64,000 bases of DNA from the human T2T-CHM13v2.0 reference genome, Homo sapiens. The DNA lies in assembly GCF_009914755.1 (NCBI RefSeq), contig NC_060938.1, one strand, 5' to 3'. Both the position numbers and the translations under genes were made by a program. The notes beneath the pieces are model-generated. The model searched no databases and had not been told where the DNA came from. It worked only from the letters and a program-made list of their open reading frames with translations. Of the stretch, positions 32,201 through 46,985 are shown in pieces (within the stretch, counting starts at the first letter, position 1; the number at the start of each line of letters is the position of its first letter).

Positions 32201-32720
32201 TCATTATTTGTCAAGAATGAATTCCATTTGAGTTCCATTCAAAATGGAATTTTCATTTCATACCTACAGCTACTGGGAACTGTTTTCTGTTTGGGAATCA
32301 GTCTCTTCATGGCCAAAACAGAGCCAAGGCCAATCCTTCTGTAGGTCTATTCATTAGGCTATTTTAAGGGCATGACCCCCAACAATCCTCAGTGGAGCAC
32401 ATTATTTTACAAAAATCATAAAGCAACGAAAATCTTTCTGAAGAAAAACTCCTGAGGGTAGTGACACCATCCATATCATTAAACAATTTGCAGTGGTTAT
32501 CAAAAAGTATTTTCTCACATTAGCTAATACAATAAATATAGTAGTATATCCAAAATCTTGGAATCACAGCAAGCCAGTTAAAATTTCTTAATCCAAAGGC
32601 CTATGTGTAGTAGAATAGTCACATATTTTTGTGGGGCCAATCAGGAAGTGATCTTTGTCATTGCTAATACTTCATGTTGACTCTACATTAATACTGAAGA
32701 TGAGTAAAAACACTTTTAGC

Positions 32721-32809
32721 ATAGATAGATGATAGATAGATAGATAGGTAGATAGATAGATAGATAGACAGACAGATAGGTAGATAGATACATAGATGAG
32801 ACATAGATA
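32721..32809. repeat. (GATA)n complex tetranucleotide STR
   Basis: Directly visible. Confidence 0.95.
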
Positions 32810-34838
32810 AAAAGCAACCTAGTTGTGTAAGATAGACTCAGAAAATCATTTGGACTTTTTTTTTTTAATCAAGTCTGGGAAATCTTGGATCATGGTTGCA
32901 AAATATCTTACCCTTTTTATAATATTTAATACTTCAGATTTGTTCATTTGTTGCATGGCTCTGTTGGTATTCTAAATATCACTGTCCCCACAAATGGTTG
33001 AACAAGTAATCCAAAGACAAAAATTCAATAAAAGTCATGCTTTTAAATATACAAACTAAAAATCAAATCTCTACAGGCCAAAACTCTTTGTCAAGAAAAT
33101 CGACAATAGTGGAGAAGACCTGGACAGTTCTTGAACATCTTTTCTGCAGCTTTGGCTGCATAAGGACCAAAAGGGGATGGGGGGTGGGGAGAGGGGAGGA
33201 AAATAAAATTATTCCCATAGATTTAGGAAAAGATAGATTGTTACACAGCCATAATAAGTAGCCACCAGAACCAGTTTTATACCTGTTCAACTGATTAACA
33301 ACTCGTCTCAATGAACATGCTTTTGCAAGCCAACTAATCAATGTCAGCTCCTGGCTTCTGAAAGTCAGCCAGTCAGTGCCCCTGAGTGCCAAGCAATCAG
33401 CAATAGCCTCACCCTAGTGACTCTGTTTCTGCAGATAATGTTAACTCATTTACACCTCTGAAGTTTGCCAATCCCTGAATTCCATGCTTCCCCAAAACCC
33501 AGTATAAATCAGCTGTCTGTTGTGCTCAGCAAGATTGTGTCTGATTTTCATAGGTCTCCTTTGCTATTATTTCCAATAAATGCACATGGTCTTTGTATTT
33601 CACACATTGAGTAGTGTCAAATCCTTCGACAGCTGCCAAAGTATATTTTCTTGTGGGACATTTGGACTTGGACAACTTTTCTTACTATTTTTCTTCAATG
33701 CTCAAAACAAACCTAACATAAAGAATATTTATTCTTGTTTGAAATGATATTCAGCATCAGCAGAAATAGTTAACATGCTATCAGAACTTATAAAATCAAC
33801 ATTTAGTATTATAAGAAAATGAATCTCTCTGCAGATCATTCCAGCCAGAATAGTGATGTTTATTGCTTTGTACATCATTGAAGTCACTGATTCCAAAATC
33901 AGCTATTTCAAAGCAGTTGTGGATTACATTTAGGGTGATTGTGTCCCACATAGCATAGCAACAAGATTCTTCACTGCTATCAAAAATATTCCATTAAAAA
34001 ATCTATACTAGAAATATTTCTTCTTATTTTACATAATATACTAAGTGCATAAAACTTTTAGGTAATTAATTATGCCTTCATCTAAAAACCGCATATATAT
34101 TATGGTACTAGAGGACAAAAAAAGATATTGCAAATACTGAAATAAGTCCCCAGTTCCTTTGGGCAGCACGTTTATCAAAACAGATTTTATCTATTTTGGC
34201 AAGCTATTCTCCTCTCTAATTGTAGGAACCATCTCCCAAACAATCTTCCAACATCAGTGGATTTAACTTTAAATATACATATAGGAGATATGTGTATATA
34301 TAGGGGATTTTCAAATTTTTCTACAAATGGTCTTACTTATTAGTCTCAGCATTGTAGCACAGTCAGACTTCCTCTTAATGAATGTATATATGTACATATG
34401 TATGCATAATATATGTCTGTGTATATATTTTTCCTTGAGAAAAATGCTTTTCACCAAGAACTAACATCTGGCTTGGCTGAAGATTATAGAAGAGCCCCAT
34501 CTTATAATTATTAATTATGCCCATATGCACATGCTTATCCTGAATAGATCTGCTGATTTCAAGCCAAATATTAGTAGCCAAAAGAGTTTCTGCAGATGCT
34601 GTATATTTTAGAGTAATGGCATAATGTTCTGACAATGCCAGCAATTGACCTATATCTCCATTCAAAATGTAATTGTATTAATCTTTTATTTAGAAAAATG
34701 ATTCAGATCTAATTTTTTTCACTCTAGATTAGTAAAGCAATCTAAGAATTTCGTTTTATAAATTAACCTTTTGTTTCCCCTCTCATTCTTTTTACCTTCC
34801 TTGGCAGGCTGTTTTTCTATTCTGTTCTGGTTTTTAAG

Positions 34839-34887
<49 letters not shown>

Positions 34888-34891
<4 letters not shown>

Positions 34892-36430
34892 TGTACCTTG
34901 GAGATAATGTAGGTAGGGTTCCAGATCACCATAGTAAAGTGAATATCACAATAAAGTAAGGCATATATTTTTTTTAGTTTCCTGGCACACATAAAGGTTT
35001 AAAGTACACTGCAGTCTGTTAAATATGCAATAGCATTATGTATAAAAGTGTACATACCTCGACTTAAAAATGCTTTATTGCTAACAAATGCTAATTATCA
35101 TCTCAGGCTTCAGAAAGTTGTTACTTGTTTTGCAAATGTAGGGTCTTGCCTCAATGTTGGTGGCTGATCAGGGTGGTGGTTGCTAAAAGTTGAAATGTCT
35201 GTGGCAATTTCTTACAATAAGATAAAAATGAAGTTTGCCACATCAATTGACTCTTACTTTCATGAAAGGTTTCCCTGTAGCACGCAACACTGTTTGATAG
35301 CATTTTACTCAAAGTAGAACTTTTTTCAAAATTGGAGTCAGGATAAAAAGAAGGAGGTTAATGGTTACAGAAATACAGTTAGAAGAAACAAATTCTACTA
35401 TTTGATAGTACAGTAGGGAAATTATGGTTAACAATAATTTACTGTATATTTCAAAATAACTAGAAGAAGAGAATTGTAATGTTCCCCAAAACAAAGAAAA
35501 GAAAAATGTTTCAAATAGTGGATATCCCAATAACCCTGATTTGATCATTGTACATTGTATACATGTATCAAAATATCACAAATGCCCCAAAATACATACA
35601 ACTATAATAAATTGATTTCAAAATCTTTATTTTTTTTTTTTGAGATGGAGTTTCGTTCTTGTTGCCCAGGCTGGAGGGCAATGGTACAATTTCGGCTCAC
35701 AGCAGCCTCCGCCTCCTGGGTTCAGCCGCCTGGGTTCAAGCGATTCTCCTGCCTCAGGCTCCCGAGTAGCTGAGTTTACAGGCATGTGCCACCACGCCCA
35801 GCTAATTTTGTATTTTTAGTAGAGACGGGGTTTCTCCATGTTGGTCAGGCTGATCTGGAACTCCAGACCTCAGGTGATCCGCCCACCTCAGCCTCCCAAA
35901 GTGCTAGGATTACAGGCGTGAGCCACTGCGCCCAGCCTAATTTCAAAATCTTTTTAAAACTACTAAGAAAATTTTTAAAAAAATGGAAGTTAATCATCTC
36001 AAATCCTGCCACTGCTTTATCAACTAAGTTTATGTAATAATCTAAATCCTTTGTTGTCATTTCAATAATGTTTACAGCATCTTCACCAGAAGTAGATTCC
36101 ATCTTAAGAAAGCAATTTCTGTGCTTATCCATAAAAAGCAATTTATCATTTGTTAAAGTTTTATCATGAGATTGTAGCAATTCAGTCACATCTTCAGGCT
36201 CCACTTCTAATTCTAGTTCTCCTACTATTTTTAACACATCTGCAGTTACTTTCTCCACTAAAGTCTTGAACTTCTTGAAGTCATACATTTGGATTGGAAT
36301 CATCTTCTTCCAAATTCTGACAACATTGATATTTTGACCTCCTCTTATGAATCATGAATATTCTTAATGTCATCTAGAGTATGAATCCTTTCCAGAAGCT
36401 TTTCAATTTACTTTGCCCAGATCCATTAAA
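34888..36430 (-). mobile_element. Tigger1 3' part preceded by (CA)n, with nested L1 fragment (about 35341-35620) and Alu (35629-35937, -)
   Basis: TIR cagatgtaccttggagat; minus ORF 35845-36303 has the Tigger C-terminus (ELELEVEPEDVTELLQSHDKTL); Alu TSD atttcaaaatcttt. Confidence 0.82.
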
Positions 36431-36678
36431 ATACAAGCACGTTTTATTTTATTGCATCTATTTCTTGAAAACTTTTTTAACCCATTGAATTGTCTTGAAA
36501 ATTAATTGCTTGAAAATTAATTGAATATGAATTTGTGAATCTATTTCTATTTTGTTTCTTTGATCTACAAATTTTATTTTCACAAATACCAAACTGTTTT
36601 GATTACTGTTCTTTATAATGTCTTGAGATCAGGCAGGGTGAGTCCTTCAATTGTGTTCCCTTTAAAAATTGTTTTAGT

Positions 36679-36981
<303 letters not shown>

Positions 36982-37442
36982 TTATTCATTAAGGTTTATT
37001 TTTTGCATTTCCATATAAATTTTAGAATTAGTTGGTCTATTTCTATAAAAAGGCCTGCTAAAATTTTGAGTGATATTGCATTGCACTTACAGAAAATTGG
37101 GGGTAGAACTGCCATCTGGAAGCTATTAAATCCTCTAATTCATGAACATGACATATCTGTCAATTTATTAAGGTTCTTTAATTTTTGTCAGCATTGTTTT
37201 TGGACTTTTCAGTGCAGAGGTCATGGACATCTTTAAGAAAACATAAAGGCCATTGACTTGAAGAAACTATTTGAAACATGTAAATTATTCCAAAGTCTTG
37301 TGTACAGCATATGTAAAAAGCTCTTACAACTCAATAAAAGAGAAGAAATAGCCCAATTTAAGAATTAACAAAATATTTTCGTAGAGTCTTCACAATAAAA
37401 AAATAAAAATGACCAATAAACACAGGAAAAGATGCTCTACAT

Positions 37443-37663
37443 CAGGAGTCAACAAAATATGGCCCATGAGCCAAATTCAGCCATCCACCTATTTTCATAA
37501 AGCTTTATTTAAACACAGAGATGCTTGGGTTTTTTTAGTGTGTTATCAATGGCTTCTTTCATGCTGCAACGGTAGAACTGAGTAGTTGCCATTGAGACTG
37601 AATCACCTGCAAGGCTTAAAATACTTACTATTCAACCCTTTATAGAAAAAGTCTACTGACTCT
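37443..37663 (+). mobile_element. MER58-like hAT MITE
   Basis: caggagtcaacaaaatatggcccatgagccaaattcagcc...aaaagtctactgactct termini. Confidence 0.6.
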
Positions 37664-38268
37664 TATGTCGTTAATAATCAGGGAAGTGCAAGTTAATACT
37701 GTAATAAAATATATAGCCACTATATGGAGCATATATGCTATATAATATATATGCTATATATATGTTATATAATATATATGCTCTTTATATATGCTATATA
37801 TATGCTCCTATATAGCCACTATGTTGGCTAAAAGTGAAAAAATGACTACTATACCAAGTGTTGACAAAGATGAAGTGTAATTAACTAAGTTAGATCTATT
37901 TAAGGACATATTCTCTTTAGTGCGAAGACTTCTCCCCGACCTGATGTTGCCATTATGTGAGGAAGGAGATCCCATGAAGTGACTCCATCTGACGGCCAGT
38001 TTCTGCCTCTGAAGGAACCCCAGAGCAGTTGCGGTGTCACTGTTTCAGTAGCCCTGTTCTCTCCTGGTACCTCCAGCATCCCAATCAATTCCTCCAGATC
38101 CGCCTGAGACATACCTGACCTCAGCAAGGACAAAAATCTCCTTTCATCTGAAGAAATCATTGGCTCAAGAGGAGGACTGAGCCACTTATTTCAGTGTTCT
38201 GATAGATGTAGGGGTTGCTGAACCGTTTTAAGAAGCTGTAGGAAATTGTTTGATGTAAACTCCCTATA

Positions 38269-38287
38269 TGGCCACAAGGGGGCAATG
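38269..38287 (+). promoter_or_regulatory. Candidate CTCF site (forward orientation)
   Basis: TGGCCACAAGGGGGCAATG matches the CTCF core; about 1.85 kb 5' of TRAV23. Motif only. Confidence 0.6.
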
Positions 38288-40125
38288 CTTCTTCAAAGAA
38301 GATTAACATTTGTCCAAATACACATATTCAGCAATTAGCCAGAGATTATCCTTTTAAAATAGTAAATTATCTCCTACTCTGTTTCAATTCACGTGTCTGT
38401 TTCATTCAATGCATCTATGCATTTATCCATTCATCTACCTAACTAGTATCTGTATTTATTCTAGTCTAACAGAGTGGAAAACATCACTTTGGAAGTCAAC
38501 ACTTTTTTGAATTATACATGTTATCCTTCAAGCCCACATTAACTTCTGTAGTATAACTTTACAAGGTTTTCACCCACATACAGCCCAATATCCAGTCACA
38601 CTAATCTGTGCCTAAAATTCCCTTATCCATTCTTTTTATGGGGAAATCTATCATGGTTTGTGGCCCAGTTCAAGCATCTCCCCATCCGTACTCTTCTTTG
38701 ACTGGGTCCAGAAACAGATTTCATCACCCTTTCCTTCGTCACATCATCTAGACACACTGGTGTCTTTGGCAGGTTCCATTGGCTGATACCTGAGTCTTGG
38801 GACTAGGTTGACTGAAGACTTGGACTGTGTCTCTTTCGTGAATGAAATGAGGCCCAAGTACTGCCTAATTTAGTAGGCACTTTGTGGACAGTATATATGT
38901 ATTGAATATATGCATATATAAATTAAAAGAAAAGAAAGCACATCAAAACTTAAACAACTTTTAAAAAGCACCTTAGGGTACTGGGGAAGAAAAGGTTTGG
39001 ATTGTAGATTGAGGAACGTGGACCATTGTCTCCTATTGGACTGCGATGGTGTTTTCTTTGAGTGGATTTGAGATGACACCAAATATAAATACAAAAAAAA
39101 TCATTTTTGTGCTTCTGAAAAAAATGTGCTTCTCATGTTATTTTAACTTATATGACTTATAATACAGATCATCCCTATTTCAGGGGTGCTTTAGAATTTA
39201 TCTTCAATTTCTCCCTTGTATCTTGCCTGTGTTAATATCAAAAGTTAAATTTATTCTTTATATTTTCATAGTTGATCGATTTTGAAGTGTGAATAAAATA
39301 TCGAATGTTTATTCAAACTCAGGATAAGAGCCACCAAAAATGACTGCATTACGGATGGTTATAGATCTATATCTTCTGCAGAATTTTTCTATCCTCTCTT
39401 TCCCTTTAAAGATCACAGCTCCTCCAGAACAGATAATTCCAGTATTTCCTATTTTCTTTTTCTAGGTACATTTAAAAAAATATTTAATTTACCTAATGTG
39501 TAATTTAGAAAAAAATATGGAGAAAAAATAAAATTGACTTAATTGTATTATATCATTTCTGAGGATCATCTAAAATATGGAATGAATACATCTGAAAAAT
39601 TGCAACAAAATTTAAGTTCTCTGAGGACAAAGGGACCATATATTCTCTATGTTCTGATTCATGACCTTAGCTTGTAATGGGGTATTATGCCCATTGTGTG
39701 CCCTCAATAAACTTTATTAATACTCACAATAAAAAAGAAATGCCACTGTACATGTTAATCGTGCGGTTTCACAAGAGTTCCTCTCTTCTACCATTGTAAA
39801 ATAAGGCCCTTTCTATTGACATATCCAGCCATCTTAAAGGTCTGAGGAAAAGTTGAGGGGGCTTGACAGACAGAAATTCTAAACTGATGCTTATCTGTGT
39901 GTAAAGAAAGGATTACTGATTCCCAATGAATATATCTTCAGCAATTCTAAATTTGGACAAAGTGGGGAAGTGCTTCCTTTGACAGAGACAGCTTTAAGTG
40001 AAAGCACTTGTGAAAGGGCGGGGCCTGCTGAAAGAATTCAGTTGAGGGTGAATTTACAGAGTTTCAGCTGGTTGGGAAGACTGGAAGACCACCTGGGCTG
40101 TCATTGAGCTCTGGTGCCAGGAGGA

Positions 40126-40635
40126 ATGGACAAGATCTTAGGAGCATCATTTTTAGTTCTGTGGCTTCAACTATGCTGTGAGTTATGGAAGAGAAACTCC
40201 AGGATATGTTACTAACTTGGGTGAATGAGAAAATTGGGGTACAGACAAACTCATGCAGGTAGACACTTTAAGAAGAAAATATTATTTTGGGGCCTAATGA
40301 CATTTTGTTATCTCTCTAAGCAGGGGTGAGTGGCCAACAGAAGGAGAAAAGTGACCAGCAGCAGGTGAAACAAAGTCCTCAATCTTTGATAGTCCAGAAA
40401 GGAGGGATTTCAATTATAAACTGTGCTTATGAGAACACTGCGTTTGACTACTTTCCATGGTACCAACAATTCCCTGGGAAAGGCCCTGCATTATTGATAG
40501 CCATACGTCCAGATGTGAGTGAAAAGAAAGAAGGAAGATTCACAATCTCCTTCAATAAAAGTGCCAAGCAGTTCTCATTGCATATCATGGATTCCCAGCC
40601 TGGAGACTCAGCCACCTACTTCTGTGCAGCAAGCA
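40126..40635 (+). CDS. TRAV23DV6: T cell receptor alpha variable 23/delta variable 6 (exon 1 40126-40177, exon 2 40324-40635)
   Basis: Leader [17 protein letters not shown]|W; V region [30 protein letters not shown]...NTAFDY...IRPDVSE...YFCAAS. Confidence 0.98.
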
Positions 40636-40674
40636 CACAGTGCTCCCCAGGCACCTGAAGCCTGTACCCAAACC
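40636..40674 (+). other. 23-RSS of TRAV23/DV6
   Basis: CACAGTG, 23-nt spacer, ACCCAAACC. Confidence 0.97.
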
Positions 40675-41618
40675 TGCAGTTGAGGTTCCAGCCAAACCCC
40701 ACAGTGGGAGCTTACGTAGGCAGAGATGTAGCCTAGTTTTCATCTGCATATGCAAGTGATAAATAAATGTATAAACACTAGTGTGGCAGTATGAGAATGG
40801 TAATTAAAGAAAAGAAACTTAGCTTAATAAATGACCATCTCTAACAAATGTTTTATTATAGTTACAGTATTTGAAATTGTTACAAGCATCCAGCCAGTTT
40901 TGGGGCAACTGGGAATTTTATGCCTTGCTGATGGGATGCAAATCAGTATTATGACACTGGAAAATCATTTGCCAGTTTCTTATAAATTGCTCTTAACATA
41001 GGACCAGAAATTCCACTCCTAAGTATTTATCTATAATAAATGAAAATATATCTTCACACAAGACTTTTGTTTACAGCAGTTTTAACCATAATAGCCCCAA
41101 GCTGGAAACAACCCAAATGTCCATTAGCTGGGGAATAGAAAAATAAATTGTGGACTATTCCTATAATGGAATACTACAGAGCAATAAAATGCAATAAGCT
41201 AGTGATACAGGTAACACATGACGGATCTCAGAACTTTATGCTTCATTGAGTGAATGGTTAAATATACTGTGGCACATACCCACATAATGGAATATGATTC
41301 ATCAATAAAAAACATGAATTATTGATGCATGCAACAACTTTGATGAATCTCAAGGGCATTATGTTGAGTGAACAAAAGTCAATCTCAAAGGCTATATAAT
41401 GTGTGATTTCCCTTATATAACACTATCAATATGTAAAAATTACAGGACAGTGGTTGCCAGAAGTTATGGGTGGGGAGTGTGTATATAGGGAGTTTATTTA
41501 GGGTGATGGATGGAATAGTTCTGTATCCTGATTGTAGTTGTTAGGGAAATCTATACATATGATAAAATGTCACAGAAGTATATATCAAAAAAAGAGTGCA
41601 TATAAAAATGGGTGAATC

Positions 41619-42077
41619 CAATAGCAAAGACTTGGAACCAACCCAAATGTCCAACAATAGACTGGATTAAGAAAATGTGGCACATATACACCATGGAATA
41701 CTATGCAGCCATAAAAAATGAAGAGTTCATGTCCTTTGTAGGAACATGGATGAAACTGGAAACCATCATTCTCAGCAAACTATCGCAAGGACAAAAAACC
41801 AAACACCGCATGTTCTCACTCATAGGTGGGAATAGAACAATGAGAACACATGGACACAGGAAGGGGAACATCACACACCAGGGCCTGTTGTGGGGTGGGG
41901 GATGGGGGAGGGAAACCATTAGGAGATATACCTAATGCTAAATGATGAGTTAATGGGTGCAGCACACCAACATGGCACATGTATACACATGTAACAAACC
42001 TGCACATTGTGCACGTGTACCCTAAAACTTAAAGTATAATAATAATAATAATAAAAGTTCTTTAAGCAAAAAAAAAA
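41619..42077 (+). mobile_element. L1PA 3' end inserted in an older L1M
   Basis: ORF2 C-terminus (IAKTWNQPKCP..DWIKKMWHIYTMEYYAA) plus 3' UTR; TSD gggtgaatc at 41610-18 and 42078-86. Confidence 0.9.
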
Positions 42078-43109
42078 GGGTGAATCAGAATAAGATCTGT
42101 AGTTTAATAAATACTATTGTATCAATATCAATTTTCTGGTTTTGATACTAGTACATAATGATAATGGTACATAGCTATGGTTATGTAAAATGTTATCATT
42201 AGAGAATGCTGGGTGAAATGTGCAAGAGAACTCTGCGTTATTTTTGCAACTTCTACGTGAGTCTAAAATTATTTCAAAATAAAAAGTAAGGATGTAGAAA
42301 AAAGATTTTTAACAAACATTTACAAATTTTTGGAATATAAAATTTTGGAATGTGGAATTTTAGAACATGGTTGGAACATAAACTGGGCAACCACTTTGGT
42401 GGATTTTCATAAAACTAAATGCGTTTCTACCACAACCCAGTGACTCACATCTAGGCATTTACCCAAGAAAAATAAAAATGTGTCAACACAAAGACTTGTA
42501 CAAGAATGTTCACAACAGTTTTATTCATAATAGCCATCAATTTGAGAAAACACCCATAAACAAGATACTAAATCAATAAATTTTTGTGTCACACACATTC
42601 AATGGAATATTAATCAGCAATAAAATGGCCTGAACCACTGATACACATAACAGTACAAACAAGCCTAGATTATATAATGCCTAGCAAAATTGCCAAATAC
42701 AAAAGGGTATATACTGTTTGATTCAAGTTATGTGAATTTCTAAAGTAGACAAATTAATCCACGGTGAAATAAAGCCAAACAGTGATTACATCTGTGAGTG
42801 GGAATTATTTGGGTGGAGCACAATGAATTTTTATAAGCTAAAGGAAAAGAAATGTTCTATTTCATGATAGGGGTGTGGTTTACAAGGCTGTTTGCAATTT
42901 TCAAAACTCATCTAACTCCATACTTATGACTTGTTTATTTCACTATATCAATTATACTTCAATTAAAAATAAACTACAGAAATTAATCAAATAGGAAACA
43001 AAAACAAAACAATTAGGGGAAAATCCAATGCCGAATAAATTTGAAGAAATAAAAGAGTTAAATACTCGATAATGTTGATAATGAGGAAAATAGAAAATAG
43101 TTAAACAAT

Positions 43110-44030
43110 GCAGTACGCTGAATTCTGGCCCCCAAAGATGTCCATGTCAAAAACCCCAGAGTCTATGAATATGCTGCTTCACATGGTATATTAGTTTTCT
43201 AGGGCTGCAGTAACAAAGTACCGTGGACTGGGTGGCTTAGGACAACAGAAATTTACTGTCTCCTGGTTCTAGTGGCCAAAAGTCTGGAACCAAGGTGTTG
43301 CAGAGCCATGCTCCTTCTGGGGCGCTAGGGAAGATTTGTTTCAGACCTCGTTCCGAGTATCTGATGGTCACAAGCATCCCTTAGCTTAGAGATGGTCATG
43401 TCCTCCCTGTGTCTCCTCCCATCATCTTTCCTCTGTTTGTGTCTCTGTCTCTTCACGTGACATTCTTTTCATAAGGGCACCAGTCTTATTGGACTAAGGG
43501 CCCGCACTACTCCAGTAGGATCTCATTTCAACTTAACTAATGACATTGGCAATGACCCTATTTCCAAAAAAGTTCACATTCTAAGCTTCTAGAGGTTAGA
43601 ACTTCAACATATGAATTTTCTGGGGATACAATTTAACCGAATAACATATAGTGAAAGGAACTTTACATACATGATTAATTCAAAAATCTTGAAATGAGAA
43701 GATTTATCCTCAATTATCCAGGCAGACCCAGTGGAATCACAAGGATCTCTATAAAAGGGAGGCAGTAGACTTGGAATGAAAGAAAGCAATGTGATGAGAG
43801 AATGAGAACAGCCTCGAAGTTGGAAAAGGCAAAAAAAAAAAAAAAAAAGAAAAAAGACAGATTATTCCCCATAGCCACCAGAAGGAACTCAGACCTGCTG
43901 GTACCTTGACTTTAGTCCAGTGAAACTGATTTTGGATTTAAGATCTCCAGAATTGCAAAATAATAAATGTGTGCTGTTTTAAGCCACTGATTTTGTGGTA
44001 ATTTCTTATAGCCACAATAGGAGACTAATA
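43110..44030. mobile_element. MLT1 LTR (+) with a second MLT1 LTR (-, about 43187-43646) nested inside
   Basis: MLT1 terminal motifs in both orientations; boundaries approximate. Confidence 0.65.
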
Positions 44031-44820
44031 AATTCAATAATAGGAGAGATTAAAAAGGAGACATGTCTGGAGATAAAGTAGAAATTAAAAAAAAATTAGC
44101 ATAAGTTAAGTACAATTTAAGCCAATAAATTTTAAAACTTTAAAAAGTAGAAACAATTTGAATGAAAAACATATACTACCAAAAGTAACTCAAGAAGAAA
44201 TAGAAAAACTAAGTAGATTTATAACCATTAAATTATTTGATAATTGGAAATGAAAATCCCTAAAGATTTAGTAATAGAAGGGAAATTTTTAACCTGCATG
44301 TGCGCCCACTACAAAATTAAAAACAAGACACATGCTGGATGCATCTGTAAATAATATAACCAATAAGATTTTAGAAATTAAGGTTAGATGGGGAACTCTT
44401 ACAAATAAATAAGAAAACATTCAAAATAAGAAGAGACAAGGATATAAAAGGCAATTCAAAAAGAAGAAATAGGAATGGCCACTAAATATGTAAAACATCA
44501 ACTTCCACAGAACTCGAGGAAATCAAATTAAAATAAATTATTGTTTCATTTCTATTTGATCAACAAAATCTAAAATATCTGGTAACATTAAGTATTGGTA
44601 GGAATACATGGAGATGAAGCTGTTACACTTTTCCAGATGAAGAAAAACACCACACAGAGAATTTAGGATAACAATTTGCCTAAACTAGTTATGAATTTGC
44701 ACATATCTAATAATCCAGCAATACAAATTTCTGATATCTACATAAAGGTAGTCAAAATGTAAACTAGGAGGCATTTACAAGGATGCTCACTGCAACCCTC
44801 TTTAAAAATAAGTATAATCA

Positions 44821-45650
44821 CAAGAAAAAAACAACCCCATCAATAAGTGGGCGAAGGACATGAACAGACACTTCTCAAGACATTTATGCAGCCTACAGAC
44901 ACATGAAAAAATGCTCATCATCACTGGCCATCAGAGAAATGCAAATCAAAACCACAATGAGATACCATCTCACACCAGTTAGAATGGCAATCATTAAAAA
45001 GTCAGGACCAATTTTACACTGTTAGTGGGAGTGTAAACTAGTTCAACCATTGTGGAAGACAGTGTGGCGATTCCTCAAGGATCTAGAACTAGAAATACCA
45101 TTTGACCCAGCCATCCCATTACTGGGTATATACCCAAAGGATTATAAATCATGCTGCTATAAAGACACATGCACACGTATGTTTATTGCGGCACTATTCA
45201 CAATAGCAAAGACTTGGAACCAACCCAAATGTCCATCAATGATAGACTGGATTAAGAAAATGTGGCACATATACACCATGGAATACTATGCAGCCATACA
45301 AATGAAGAGTTCATGTCCTTTGTAGGGATGTGGATGAAGCTGGAAACCAACATTCTCAGCAAACTATCGCAAGGACAGAAAACCAAACACCACGTGTTCT
45401 GACTCATAGGTGGGAATTGAACAATGAGAACGCATGGACACAGGAAGGGGAACATCACACACCGGGGCCTGTTGTGGGGTGAGGGGAGGGGGGAGGGATA
45501 GCATTTGGAGATATACCTAATGTAAATGACGAGTTAATGGGTGCAGACACCAACATGGTATATGTATACATATGTAACAAACCTGCACGTTGTGCACATG
45601 TATCCTAGAACTTAAAGTATAATGAAAAAAATACAATACATTCATTAAAA
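44821..45650 (+). mobile_element. L1PA 3' end
   Basis: ORF 45050-45325 is the L1 ORF2 C-terminus; TSD aagtataatca at 44810-20 and 45653-63. Confidence 0.9.
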
Positions 45651-45881
45651 AAAAGTATAATCAATAGTGGAATAAAAAATAGTGGTTTAGTCATACAATG
45701 GAAGTATTAGCCATTACAAGCAAAGAAGTGGTTCTATACATATTTTCTTAGATGAATCTTACAAATAAAATGTTGGATGTAAAAGCAGAATGATACATAC
45801 TGCATGGCACCATTAATAAGAAATCTTAAAATACAAAATAATGCAGTATATTGTTTTGTAATACATACCTGTAATGGTTAA

Positions 45882-46183
<302 letters not shown>

Positions 46184-46985
46184 TGTAAGGGTTAAATTTT
46201 AAAAGACATGCGTGGAAACTTCCCAAGAGTGGTTACTATCTTTGAAAGAATAAAAGGAACAAGGACTATTGTTCTAGCTTTGTCTGAAATGTTTGAGAAA
46301 ATCTGAAATGTAGAGAGAGAAAGAATATTTTTAGAAAACATAGCAAAATTCATCATCTGTTTATGTGTTTATTCTCATTGCTGGATACGAAGGTGCCTGC
46401 TATATAATTTTCTGTACTTTTGCTCATGATAATTATTTCATAAATTTAAAAAATAATTTTTAAATGGATAGCGACAATCATAGTTTTTACTATCTTCACC
46501 AGTCCACAGAAGAGAATAGCACCTTCATTACCTACAACTTTGCCAGATGTATTTCTGGTAGGCCACATAAATGGCAATAAAACATCAATTGGAAAAAATC
46601 TCTAATTTATGAATAAAAGGATGTTCAACCTGAAATAAACAACCCAAGACTCTTTCCCCTGAACCACAATGCATACATTTTCAATATATTAAAAAGAGGA
46701 TGTGGAAAAAAAATCCAATTAGTTACCTCTTAGCAATGGGAGATGTGGCCACAAAATGTCAGCATTTTGTGAATATTAACTCCCCTGGGCTCTCAAAGTT
46801 TATTTTACTTCCTTTTTTAGCAGTTTGAAAAATCGAAGAAGAAATTGGAATAGTATTTATGTCTGATTAGAGTGGCTTTCATTGGACTGAAATATTCAAG
46901 AATAAAGTAGAATACAGTGCCTAGGATGAATTCGTGGTCAGCATGAGAAGAGGGCTGTTGTCAAGTATATGAGAGAGAGGAAGAA

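Noticed and set aside
40318-40323. Tandem AAGCAG acceptor at TRAV23
   Set aside because: CAG is the known site, and the alternative would change only about one signal-peptide residue.
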